DNA from: Blepharisma stoltei ATCC 30299
Lineage: Eukaryota > Protista > Ciliophora
Assembly: GCA_965603825.1 (NCBI GenBank)
Contig: CBFDEM010000034.1
Location: forward strand, 366,971-430,970
Reading direction: 5' to 3'
DNA: 64,000 bases
The translations under genes were made by a program, and so were the position numbers. Positions 1-10,670 of this stretch are shown in pieces (positions within the stretch are counted from its first letter, which is position 1; each line of letters opens with the position of its first letter). The notes beneath the pieces were generated by a model that worked only from the letters and a program-made list of their open reading frames with translations, was not told the origin of the DNA and ran no database searches.

Positions 1-917
1 TAGCTATAAAGAAAACAAAAAATTATACAGAGATTTGAGATGCCAAAGCTTCAGAAAGCCATCTCCTCCCTTATAAAGAAATTACTTCTATATCTTTGTC
101 CTATGACAGGAAATATATGGCATATACAGATGCTTCAAAATCAATAAAAATCCAAAATATCGAAAAAAATATTAATGTTTTTAAGCTTAAAGGCCACCAA
201 GCTATAGTTATGCATGTGATTTTTTCTAAAATATCGTATTTTTTGGTTTCTTTATATGTGGATAACATAGTAATTATCTGAGACACTATAAATCAATATC
301 CTTTAAGCGAAATTGAAATTAAAGACCAAGTATCAGCGCTTGATCTATCTTTTGAAAACAATTTTATTGGGGCTGGGCTATTAAATGGAAATATTAAGGT
401 AATAAATACAAAAAATCTATTAGATAGCTTTTATTTAAAGCACAAAGGAGCGATTACTTGTATTAAATTTTCTCCATGCGAGAAATTTATTGCATTCGCC
501 AGTAGTGATAGGAAATTGAATTTGTGGAGAATTAATAAAAAAAAATTCGTAATTTTTGATAAAAAATGCATAAGGGAGGTTTCTTATATATGTTTTGCTA
601 AATCAAGAAATTATTTAGTTTCAGCTCATATAAATGGTGATATCATTTTTTGAAATATTAATAATCAACAACAAGTTATGAAAGTGGAAACAAATGGAGG
701 GATTATAATATCAATGACGTTATCTCCATGTGAAAATTATTTGGTTGCTGGGTATTATGATGGCTTTGTAAGAGTATTGGGTACTTTGCAAGGAAAGATA
801 ATCAAATCGCTCCAATATCATCATAGATCTGTAAGTTCAGTTGAATTTATAAATATTGAAAAGCTACTAATTGGATCTGCAGGTCTTGATGCTACAATTA
901 ACTTTTGGATAATCTAA
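1..917 (+). CDS. WD40-repeat protein, 5'-partial (runs off window start)
   Basis: One frame is open from position 3 to TAA 915-917 when TGA=W. TGAs at 36-38, 279-281 and 651-653 fall at WD-repeat Trp positions (EI-W-DA, II-W-DT, IF-W-NI). GH/H-x-V-x-x-V-x-F and D-x-T-I-x-F-W motifs repeat. Confidence 0.85.
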
Positions 918-1091
918 TAATTAAAACAATGATAAAATTTAACTCAATTATAACCTTTTAAAACTTTTTTCTGCTTCTTATGCCATTAAAAATAACTTTT
1001 TCATTAATTATTTTATTTTTTTCTAATTTATTGAAAATTAAGTTTCATTATAAAACAATCATTCTCATTTTTTTATAAAATATCTAATTAA

Positions 1092-2531
1092 TTATAACGC
1101 CATTTCCATTTGGATTCTTCCATGCTTGTAATACCCAATAAGCTCAATATCTTCACTTGAAAATTGATCAATTTCTTTAACATTTCCATTTAATTTTAAC
1201 TGAGGGAAAGGATAAGGATTTCTTTTCAGCTGAGTTTCAAGAGGGTCCACATGTGTTGAATACACATGGGTATCCCCGACCACATGAACAAATTCTCCTC
1301 TTTCGAGCCCACAAACTTGTGCAATTAAGCATGTTAATAATGAGTAGGAAGCGATATTAAAAGGTATTCCAAGCCCTACATCGCCTGATCTTTGGTATAG
1401 CATGCATGATAATTTTCCATTGTTTACATAAAACTGAGATAATACATGACAAGGAGGCAACGCCATAAGAGGTTGCGCAATTGGATTCCATGCACTTAGA
1501 ATGATTCTTCTTGAATTTGGGTCAGTTTTGATCAAATTTATCACTTCAGCTATCTGATCGAACCCTTGTCCTGAGTAATCAGCATGCATATCTTTATATT
1601 CAGCTCCAAAATGCCTCCACTGAAACCCATAAACAGGACCTAAATCTCCTTCTTCTCTATCATTGAACCCTAAAGAGTCTAAAAATGGTCTGCTTCCATT
1701 GCCATCCCAAATTTTTACACCTTTTTCACTTAATTCTTTAGCATTGGTCGACCCTTTAATAAACCACAATAATTCTTCTACAACACCCTTCCAAAATACT
1801 AGCTTAGTCGTCAACAAAGGGAAACTTTCGCTCAAGTCGAACCTCATCATTTTCCCAAATAATGAAATTGTCCCAATATGAGTCCTGTCATCTCGTCTAT
1901 TTCCGTTAGAAATAATTTCTTTAATTAAATCTAAGTACTGATATTCTTCATGAGGAGGGTAATTAATGAACTGAGGCTGAGGGGGTAAACTATTATTACA
2001 AAGTGTACAAAAATCATAAGTTATGTTAGAGTAGCATTTGGTTTTGGATATTGATGTTATTGAAAACCCTTCAAATAAAGGCTCTTGAAATAGAGTTTTT
2101 GAGGTCGCTGGCAAGAAAACATCACACTTAAAATCGTTGGAAATGCGGGTAAGATAGATCTGAGAACAATGGGAAACCAAAGGAGGGGATAGACATTCTT
2201 GGAAAATCTGAGTCCCGCCAATTATAAAGCAAAGACCTGTGGAGGCTGAAATAGCTTCTGTAAGGGTTGGATAAATTTCTACACCTTCAGTAGGAGGGAG
2301 GGTTTTAGAAACAATGATGTTTTTACGAGATGGGAGAGGGCGGTATTTCGATGGGATGGATTCCCAAGTTTTGCGACCCATTATCACAGTGTTGGTTTGA
2401 GGACCTGTTAAGGTGAGGCTTTTGAAATGTTTGAGATCTTCAGGTATTTTCCAAGGAATTGTGCCTTCGTAGCCAATTCCAAGATTTTTGCAAGCAGCAA
2501 CTACTAAAACAAAATTTCGCGGTTCTTCCAT
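1092..2531 (-). CDS. DHFR-TS: Bifunctional dihydrofolate reductase-thymidylate synthase
   Basis: N-terminal DHFR motifs (GIGYEGTIPW, VIMGRKTWESIP, IIGG). C-terminal TS motifs (GDLGPVYGFQWRHFG, ALPPCH, YQRSGDVGLGIPFNIASY). 479 aa, no TGA. Confidence 0.98.
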   Translation of the reverse strand: MEEPRNFVLVVAACKNLGIGYEGTIPWKIPEDLKHFKSLTLTGPQTNTVIMGRKTWESIPSKYRPLPSRKNIIVSKTLPPTEGVEIYPTLTEAISASTGLCFIIGGTQIFQECLSPPLVSHCSQIYLTRISNDFKCDVFLPATSKTLFQEPLFEGFSITSISKTKCYSNITYDFCTLCNNSLPPQPQFINYPPHEEYQYLDLIKEIISNGNRRDDRTHIGTISLFGKMMRFDLSESFPLLTTKLVFWKGVVEELLWFIKGSTNAKELSEKGVKIWDGNGSRPFLDSLGFNDREEGDLGPVYGFQWRHFGAEYKDMHADYSGQGFDQIAEVINLIKTDPNSRRIILSAWNPIAQPLMALPPCHVLSQFYVNNGKLSCMLYQRSGDVGLGIPFNIASYSLLTCLIAQVCGLERGEFVHVVGDTHVYSTHVDPLETQLKRNPYPFPQLKLNGNVKEIDQFSSEDIELIGYYKHGRIQMEMAL

Positions 2532-2788
2532 TTTTTATATCATTCAGTTAATGAGAATTTTGGCATTAAGAATTTTAACTAATATAGGAAATAAAAAAAA
2601 ATAAAGACTTATAATCGTGTTTTTGAGGAAAAATTGGATCTCATAAATAGTGAAATGTATAATTTGAAGAATATTTTTGAGTGGAAAATTATAAAATTTT
2701 ATTATTTTAATTAGTGATGATTATTATTGTCTAAATTTTAGTTATAATTTAATTGGAAAAATTACTATACATTAATTTGTTGAACAAA

Positions 2789-3256
2789 ATGAACTTCTAT
2801 TCAGAAAGCAACACAAGCCTAAAAGCCTCATCCGTCTCTCATAGTGAGACTTCGACTGAGTGCAGCTCATCCTCTTCAAAACCACCCTCAGGAAAGAAAG
2901 CCAAGGCCGCAGAAAAAAATTTCCTTATGAAATTCAAGACCGAGATATGCAAAAATTGGGAATCAGGGATTTGCGAATTTGGTGACAGGTGCGTTTTTGC
3001 TCATGGAGGACATGAATTAAGAGAGAAAACAGAGACAGGAAAGATCCCTAAGGCAAAAGAATGCAAACAATATATTGAACATGGGTATTGCCTTAATGGA
3101 ACCCAATGTATGTATTCACACAAACTTTTATCATCTGACACAGCATCATCCTCCCCATCAGGAAGCAATAGCTCAAGCAGGAAAAATTCAGAGGAAAAAT
3201 GCAAAAGTAAATTACCTATTTTTATAGAATTAGAGAGTAGACCATTCTCGAGCTAA
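2789..3256 (+). CDS. Tandem CCCH zinc-finger RNA-binding protein (TIS11/ZFP36-like)
   Basis: KFKTEICKNWESGICEFGDRCVFAHG plus a second C-x8-C-x5-C-x3-H finger. ATG at 2789 preferred over the TTG at 2753. Confidence 0.9.
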   Translation: MNFYSESNTSLKASSVSHSETSTECSSSSSKPPSGKKAKAAEKNFLMKFKTEICKNWESGICEFGDRCVFAHGGHELREKTETGKIPKAKECKQYIEHGYCLNGTQCMYSHKLLSSDTASSSPSGSNSSSRKNSEEKCKSKLPIFIELESRPFSS

Positions 3257-3870
3257 TAATGATTAATTTAATTTCAAACATTTATCCTAGTGGATCAAAA
3301 AACGCATTTTTAAGCGTTGAAAAATGGATACGTGTATAGGGATTTTTTATCAGAAAAGTTGGAGAGAAAAGGATTTAAATTTATTTGTGATGGTAGATTG
3401 GAAAAATTGGAAATATTTTTCATTTAATATAATAATTGTCAGAAATAGGAAAAATGATGATTAAATTGAAAAATTGTCTGGAAATAAAATACTATTAATC
3501 TATATTAAACGAAATATATTTCTTCTATATAATAATTATAAAAATGCATTTAATTTCATTTGAAGTATATTTAGCGTGCTAAACTGATGATAAAAAAATT
3601 AAAATACTTGGAGCTCAAAAATAATTCAAATTTACTATAATTTTTGACTCCTTAATTAAAATCTGATAATCTGTTATGAAAGGAACTATAGGGGCGTCTA
3701 AATAATAATTCCAAAAATAATAATAAATAATCCTTAATAGAAAATTATTTCAATTTATTAATTTAATATTTAAAATTCTTTTCAACTTTATTAATCTGAA
3801 TACTTTCAAAATATCGCCTTGAACAACTTCCTTAAATTTAAATTTTCTAAATATTGATTTATTATATAAA

Positions 3871-6800
3871 ATGTCACTAAATTCAAGGAAAAAGCGGGAT
3901 CAAGGATTAGAGTCAAACTCTTCCTCAACTAAAGACTATTTTGACCCCCTTCACAATGAAATTCTCGACCCTCGAGCTCTTATACTAGATTGGCTTCATC
4001 TATATTCCACTCACGAAAAAGAAGCTTTGGCTTCATTTTTATCATTAATCCTTCAGTCATGTGGGCTCAGCAAAAATCTAGTAACTCTTGACGATCTTGA
4101 AGAATCTGACATGGAAAATCTCTTATCAAAGATTCAAGAAGACTCTAAAGACTGTGATGAGTATCCTCTTATATCCAAAAATAAAGGCTTCAAAAATTAT
4201 TCAAGCCTGTATCATAGAGTTTATTTTCATCTCATAAGAGAAGCTGGGGATAAAATTTATGATGGGATTATGCTGAATTTCTTAATAAACTGGCTATCAA
4301 GTCTCACTTTTATGACAATGCGACCTATAAGGCATACCGCCACTTTTGGGATTGTAAACTTAGGAAATTCTTTACTAGATCTTTTAGTAAATGAAGTCAA
4401 TGATAAAGAGAAATTGAAGGTGCTAAAGCAAAATGAAGCTAAAAGTGGCAATAATCAAAAGCTTGAAGAACTAAAGGAGCACGAAATCCAATTAGACACC
4501 AAAATTAAAAAACTTATTGAAATGCTAGATTCAATAAGAAAAGAAGTAATCGGGTTTAGATGCAAAGATATTATGCCTGAAATAAGAATTTTGTCCTCAC
4601 AATGCATAAGTTATTGGGCTGAAAAATACCCAAGCAAATATTTAAATAACGATACCTTCAAATGCATGGGTATGATGCTATATGATAAATCCCCAGAGGT
4701 CAGGGAAGCTGTCATAAGACTTATCAATAAAATTTGTACATGGGAAATTGATCCAAAATTTATTGGACTTATCATAAAATTAAAGCCAAGGATTATAGCA
4801 ATGTGTTATGATATAGAAAATAAATGCTGTATTGAGGCAATAGAAGCCTGCAAAAAATTAAATGAAATTATTAAATTTTCTGACGAAGACAAAGATGTAA
4901 TTTCAAGATTAATTTGGACTGAAAATGAAGAAATTAGAGACGCTACATGTGATTTTATTATTTCTGCTGTTTTTAATGACTCTTTGCCTAAAGAAACTAT
5001 GGCAACTGGATTTGGGCTTGATCAAGGAAAATACATAGACGCTGAAAAAGCTATCCTTTTACTTGTGAATTTTTTTATAAAATATTCAAATGGCCAAATA
5101 TATCTTATTGATCCTTTTGTCAAAGCATTTTGGAGTAAAACAAGCGCAATTCGGTCATGGGAAGCTATGACTAATCTACTAAGTCTTGGAGATTCTTCAA
5201 GACCAGGGACAGCTGAACTTCATAACGACCAAAAAATGGTTATTATCAATTTTCTTATTTCCTCACTAAAAAACTTGCAAAATCTTTCAGAGCAAAAACC
5301 AAAAAATTCTATGGTAAATCTCAGCACAATTTTAATTTCCCATTTGCCACAATTATTTACATATTTTAGAGCTAATCAAATAATATCAAATGAGCTTGCA
5401 AAGCTTACAAATTATCTTGATCTTAGTGCTTTAGCTTCTAAAGATTTAAAAGCGCCTTTTAATCAGCTGATCTCTGCATTAACTGATTTGCATCTCCAGT
5501 CAGATAATATTGAAACTTTAATGAAAACTGGACAAAGTCTCAGCAAATTCGCAAAAGAGCCTCATCCGCTTCAAAAAGATTCAAGAACTGAGCTTACGAA
5601 ATTGACTGATTATTGCTGTGAAGAGCTTAAAAAAGAATTTAAAAAATTTACATTAGAAGGAGAAGAAGGAGTCCTAGAAGTTTGGCTGAAAAGAATTGAG
5701 GGGTTAATTTCTCATAAAGACATATTAGAAGAATTAACTAAAGAAAGATTTGAAGATTTTACTTATGTGATTTCTCAATATTTGAGTGATAGCATTAATA
5801 ATTCAGGTATCACGCTAAGCTGCGCAAGAATTTTATATTCCTGGAATCTTTGGTATCTTCATGAAGTTGTAGAAAAGACTGAATTAGTTGACGATTATAT
5901 AGAAAAAAGAAATAATATTATCGAATTATTTACAGCTTTAGTAGCAAAAGCTGACTGCCAATTTGAATTAAGAAAAGAAGCTTTTAAGCTGCTATGTGAG
6001 ACTATAATGGTAATTTCTGGAAAAAATTCAAAAGGTTCGTTAGTTCATTATGAAGTCGGTGAAGATGTGTGGGGAACTATAGAAGAATATATGTCAGAAA
6101 TTCCTATTGATACTGAAAATGACGCTAAAATGATTTCAAATCCGAATGCTACAGTTCTTAATATTAAAAATAGCTCAGATGCTGACTCCACATCTCAATT
6201 AGTCTGTATTCATATAGCCAGAATTATCTGTACATGCCCATCAATTACAAACTCTCATCTTCCTTCAAGCTTTTTTGCGAATTTTGGGATTTCTACATTA
6301 AAAACTATAAACATTATAGTTAAACATGTATTAAATTTCTTTAAATTCGCAGAAAATAAGCCAGAAAGCAATGATAATGTCTTATTCACAATTATGCTAG
6401 AATCACTTATAAAATGTATGGGAAACGGCACAGATGAAGACATTAATGCTATGAAAGAGCTAGCCAAAAAATTTGTGACATCAATTGGGGTTGGGCCATT
6501 AAAATCTAAACAAGCTGACAAATTTGTGTTGTTTTTGCTTGATGGGATAAAGTTTGCTTTAAACGATAAAGAAAATTTCCCTATTTTAGAAGCACTGAGC
6601 ATGTTCATAGGGAAAAATTATATAAGTCAGTCTCAAATGAAAGATTTATATGAAAAAATATCAAAAGATTCTGATAAAATAATCGAAGTTTTAAAAACTG
6701 GAGAAAATAATGCAGAGACCTATCCATTAGAAAAATTTGTGTATTTATTAAGCAAACAAGTAGGATTATCAAGGACTGCACCTATTGAGCCCAGCGAAAA

Positions 6801-7128
6801 TGACAAAATGGTTATTGAAAAGACTAAAAAAACCTCTAAAATGAAAACACCACCTAAATCAACAGCGAAAAAATCAAAAGAAAAGCCAGCTCAAAGTGAA
6901 AAGAAAAAAACTAGCCAAGAAGAAGACAAACTGAATAAAACAAATAAAAAAGAAGAGCCAAGCTCAAGCCAAAGACCTAGAAGAGCTGCAAAAGACAAAG
7001 CTAAATTAATTTCAGAAAAAAAATCCAAGAAAAAAGAAGACAATAAAAAAAGAAAAGAAAGATCACCAATTGAAGACGAAGAAGAGCCAGTCGCCCGGAC
7101 AAGAAAAGCAGCACTTAGAAGGAAATAA
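3871..7128 (+). CDS. SCC3: Cohesin subunit SCC3/STAG (stromal antigen family)
   Basis: STAG-domain motifs (YPLI; WLSSL..RPIRHTAT; RCKDIMPEIRILS..W...YP..YL) and a Lys/Glu-rich disordered tail. 1085 aa. Confidence 0.88.
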   Translation: MSLNSRKKRDQGLESNSSSTKDYFDPLHNEILDPRALILDWLHLYSTHEKEALASFLSLILQSCGLSKNLVTLDDLEESDMENLLSKIQEDSKDCDEYPLISKNKGFKNYSSLYHRVYFHLIREAGDKIYDGIMLNFLINWLSSLTFMTMRPIRHTATFGIVNLGNSLLDLLVNEVNDKEKLKVLKQNEAKSGNNQKLEELKEHEIQLDTKIKKLIEMLDSIRKEVIGFRCKDIMPEIRILSSQCISYWAEKYPSKYLNNDTFKCMGMMLYDKSPEVREAVIRLINKICTWEIDPKFIGLIIKLKPRIIAMCYDIENKCCIEAIEACKKLNEIIKFSDEDKDVISRLIWTENEEIRDATCDFIISAVFNDSLPKETMATGFGLDQGKYIDAEKAILLLVNFFIKYSNGQIYLIDPFVKAFWSKTSAIRSWEAMTNLLSLGDSSRPGTAELHNDQKMVIINFLISSLKNLQNLSEQKPKNSMVNLSTILISHLPQLFTYFRANQIISNELAKLTNYLDLSALASKDLKAPFNQLISALTDLHLQSDNIETLMKTGQSLSKFAKEPHPLQKDSRTELTKLTDYCCEELKKEFKKFTLEGEEGVLEVWLKRIEGLISHKDILEELTKERFEDFTYVISQYLSDSINNSGITLSCARILYSWNLWYLHEVVEKTELVDDYIEKRNNIIELFTALVAKADCQFELRKEAFKLLCETIMVISGKNSKGSLVHYEVGEDVWGTIEEYMSEIPIDTENDAKMISNPNATVLNIKNSSDADSTSQLVCIHIARIICTCPSITNSHLPSSFFANFGISTLKTINIIVKHVLNFFKFAENKPESNDNVLFTIMLESLIKCMGNGTDEDINAMKELAKKFVTSIGVGPLKSKQADKFVLFLLDGIKFALNDKENFPILEALSMFIGKNYISQSQMKDLYEKISKDSDKIIEVLKTGENNAETYPLEKFVYLLSKQVGLSRTAPIEPSENDKMVIEKTKKTSKMKTPPKSTAKKSKEKPAQSEKKKTSQEEDKLNKTNKKEEPSSSQRPRRAAKDKAKLISEKKSKKKEDNKKRKERSPIEDEEEPVARTRKAALRRK

Positions 7129-7155
7129 TAATTTGTTAATATAATAATTACATGC

Positions 7156-7689
7156 TTAGCTGCTTACTATATACGAAAACGCTACTTGTAAGCCATTTTC
7201 AATCCCCTTTACAATTTCTTCTGGATTTTCTTCCATATCAATATAAGCTTCTTGTACATTTAACGATTTCCTGCATATAGGACAGCTTTGGCTTCTTTCT
7301 TGTCAATCAATAATATCAATGTCACAAAATGCGTGACCACAGGTCAAAACAGTGTTCGCGTACCTTTCAAGGCAAATTGAGCATTCAGTATCTCGGTCAG
7401 GAGTTCGGCTTTGGATTCTCATAGTTGACATTGTTTTTACATACATAAGATTATCATATACAATTGCTAAATTTTCTAGTAAAATTGAGCCAATTTTTTG
7501 CCTTTGATCTTCTAGTCTATAGACTTGAATTAATCTACTACGAGGTCTATGAGACAAAAATCGAAATGGAGGCCCTCTTTGGATGTGAAACTCAAGCCTC
7601 ATGCCTGCAAATTTGTAAAACTCATTGGAAGTGGTAAATTTGTTAAGATCGGCGATCGCGGATTTTAGTTTTCTATAGGTGTTTCCCAT
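7156..7689 (-). CDS. RING-finger protein (RNF141-like, C3HC4-type with one ligand substituted)
   Basis: ECSICLE..VLTCGHAFCDIDIID-W(TGA 7303-7305)-QERSQSCPICR. The RING is completed only if TGA=W. Stop TAA at 7156-7158. Confidence 0.85.
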
Positions 7690-7852
7690 TTATCAGTTTG
7701 TAATTTAAAGAAGTTGGAATTTTAATGCAGATTTAAGTAAAAAGAATAATCAATTTCATTATAAGCAGATTTTCAGTGAATAGTTTTGCATTTAAATCCA
7801 AATTTATATTAGATTTAGAAGTAAAAAATTATAATATCACAAATAATTAATT

Positions 7853-9304
7853 CTAAATATCAGAAAAATTCCAAATTTTGACAGTTTGGTCTGACGATCC
7901 TGATATAAGCTTGCTGCTATCAAACTTCAAGCAAAACACTGCTGCTGAGTGACCTTTCAATATCTGCCTCGGCTCACTTGTTTTTCTCAAATCCCAAATC
8001 CTTATCGATTTATCATAAGACCCACTAGCAACCCTCTTAGCGTCATCGTCATAATCCAAGCACATAACATGTGACAAATGCCCTTTAAGCGTATTTACAC
8101 ATTCCAAGCTCCTCAAATCCCACTGTTTAACCGTATTATCCGCACTCCCTGACAATACACTAAAATTGCTTCTCTTCACCGCATTGACTGCTTGTGTATG
8201 GCCTACTAGATTTCCTATAAGACTCCCTGTATCAATTTCCCACAGATTAATTGTATTTCTTCTACACCCAGCGATTATTTCATTATTTTGAAGCTGAATA
8301 CAAGAAATGGCATTCCCTACGTCATTAAATAAAGTCTGCACATTGGCTTCAGTTTCTAAATCTCAGACCTTTATTGATGCATCCCATGACCCTGAGCATA
8401 AAAGCTGCTCATTTGCGTCTAAACAGCTGATTCATTCTAAATGGCCTCTTAAGGTAGACTCACATTTGCCGGTATGCATATTTCAGAGCTTGACTGTTCT
8501 GTCATAAGACCCAGTAGCGAGCTTAAAATTGGGAATTTGTAAGCAGCACCATATAGGCCCACCATGGCCATAAAAAGATATTAATTTTGAGACAGCTTGG
8601 GTTTGTAAATGATGCTGCTGAAAAATGCCGCTTTCTTGTGGGTGGGGCTCGTTTATTTGCCAGAGCATTGCTGAACTATCGTCTGAGCCGCTTACAAATA
8701 AATTGCTGCCGTGTATGTAGTCTATACAAGTAACACTTCCTGAGTGCCACTTAAGGGTAGATACGACTGGTCTTTCATGGTACCACTTCATTTCTCCTCG
8801 GTATTTTTCAGCGTATTTTTCAATATAATTATTCTCATCTTCGATTTCTCGATTTCATCTTCCTATATAAAGCTTCTTCCAGAGCATATTATTTTTGCAT
8901 ATTGCATTTAATTCTTTATTGACGCATGCAAGTGTGGCGAGCTCTTTGAATTCTAAAAATTCGATCACTAAATTCATAACATCGCCTGGCAATTTCGGCC
9001 AAAATTGGAAAGAATTTTGACTATGTGTGACATTTTGTAGGTTTTCTCGGAAAATTTCTTTCTGATTAGCAATTCTATTTTCGCACTCTTCCTCTTCTTT
9101 AAAAATGTGCCCAAATAAATATTCAAATTGTTCTGGCTTCAAATTGAGGTCTTGTTTTATGGTGACTAAAATTCCTTTTAATAGCTGAATGTTATGATAA
9201 GCTTTGCGGAGTTCGAAATTCTTTAATTCTAGCTCTCTACGAAAGAGATCAGTTAGATTGCATTGATTTTCAAGAAGCTGATGAAGATCTTGACCTTTTT
9301 TCAT
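7853..9304 (-). CDS. F-box/WD40 repeat protein (SCF substrate receptor), 483 aa
   Basis: Three track ORFs share one frame, joined by TGA at 8855, 8483, 8432 and 8363 (TVKL-W-N, SIKV-W-D). F-box LPGDVMNLVIEFL..LACVNK..LWKKL followed by WD40 repeats. Confidence 0.92.
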
Positions 9305-9355
9305 TATATTTTCCTACTAGGAAAATGGATAAACTGTTTTTTAAGTTAATTAAAT

Positions 9356-10054
9356 TTAAAGTTTAACCCTCTGGACAATCTTAAAGAAAGGCTTAGAAGC
9401 TTCTTTTATCGCTGGGATTTCGCCAATTTCTCGCATCCACCTACAAATTTCAGGGTATTTTTCATAGTTGAAATTTACCAAATAAAGCTGAATTGCTTCA
9501 CAATAGCATGAAATGTCAGCAATTGACGGCCTTTGAGTTCTACCTACATAAAGGCCTTGTTTTAATATATTTTCAATAAATTTAAACGAAAGGTGCTGAG
9601 ACCTCAAAAATTCTTTTTCAAGCTCTTCAGAAATTTGTTGGCCGGTTATCTTAGGCAGGATTTTTTTATGATATAAAAATGATGAGACTGCATGCCTTAT
9701 ATTAGCATGATGCCAGTGCAAATAACAGTCAATTTGAGCTCGGATTTTAGGATCTCTAGGATATCATTGTTCGTCTACAGGGAAAACTGAAGCTAAATAA
9801 GTGAGAATTGCATGGCTTTCTACAAGAGTAAAGCCTTGATGGACTATTGTTGGCAGTTTTTGGGTTGGAGAAATCGCTTTAAATTCGTCTGTAAGAGTCT
9901 GGCCTTTAAAAATTCTGATTTCTCGAATTTCATATGGGATTTGATTTATCATCATATATGCGAGAACAGCGCGACATGGCTGGGATATATAGTCCATATA
10001 AAGAATTACCCTGTTAGGGTCTGTTGAGTTCTGAATACTTGAGGCTGAGCTCAT
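9356..10054 (-). CDS. Glutathione S-transferase, theta class, 232 aa
   Basis: SQPCRAV, KLPTI..ESHAILTYL, W(TGA 9764)YP.DPKIRAQID.YLHWHH, SIADISCYCE. Confidence 0.93.
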
Positions 10055-10064
10055 ATTAATTACA

Positions 10065-10556
10065 ATGGATATAGAAAGAATAAAGGAAAAATTAGAATTG
10101 AGGGAACAGCAGCTGAGGATTATGGCTGAGCAGCTTTCAGAGCATTTGGCGACTTTAGCTACAAATGACCAAAAAATTCAAGAACTTGATGAGAGATTTA
10201 ATTTTCTTGAAAAAGAGGCGAAGAAGAAGCAGGAAATGCTGAATCAAGAATTAGCGAATAAAGAAATTCTTTTATCTCAGCTGCATAGTTTAGAGTCACT
10301 ATTTGAAGGCTCTGTAGCTAAAAAAGAAAAACAAGTCCTTAAGCCAAAAATAAATGAAGAATTCAAGACAACTAGCAATTTTGTGGAATTTTATAGCAAA
10401 ATACAATTTCAGCCTCAAGTGAATTCTTTTAAAAATTTTCCTCAGTTTCCAGATTCTTTCGATACTAAAGGTATTGATTTAGGCTTGGTAAAATCAATAT
10501 CGAGTGGCAAAATTGATATAAAAACAGAATTAAAGAAGATGGGAATAGAAATTTAG
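10065..10556 (+). CDS. Small coiled-coil protein, unknown function
   Basis: 163-aa ORF with an E/K/Q/L-rich heptad-like N-terminal half; ends TAG. Confidence 0.7.
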   Translation: MDIERIKEKLELREQQLRIMAEQLSEHLATLATNDQKIQELDERFNFLEKEAKKKQEMLNQELANKEILLSQLHSLESLFEGSVAKKEKQVLKPKINEEFKTTSNFVEFYSKIQFQPQVNSFKNFPQFPDSFDTKGIDLGLVKSISSGKIDIKTELKKMGIEI

Positions 10557-10670
10557 TAAATATCTAGATGAGCTATTGATTTATATATAAATAAGTCTAA
10601 GCTAGTATAGAATACTAATTGTTTGTTTACTTATATTATTATGTTTAATTTATAATTAATTACTTAAACG

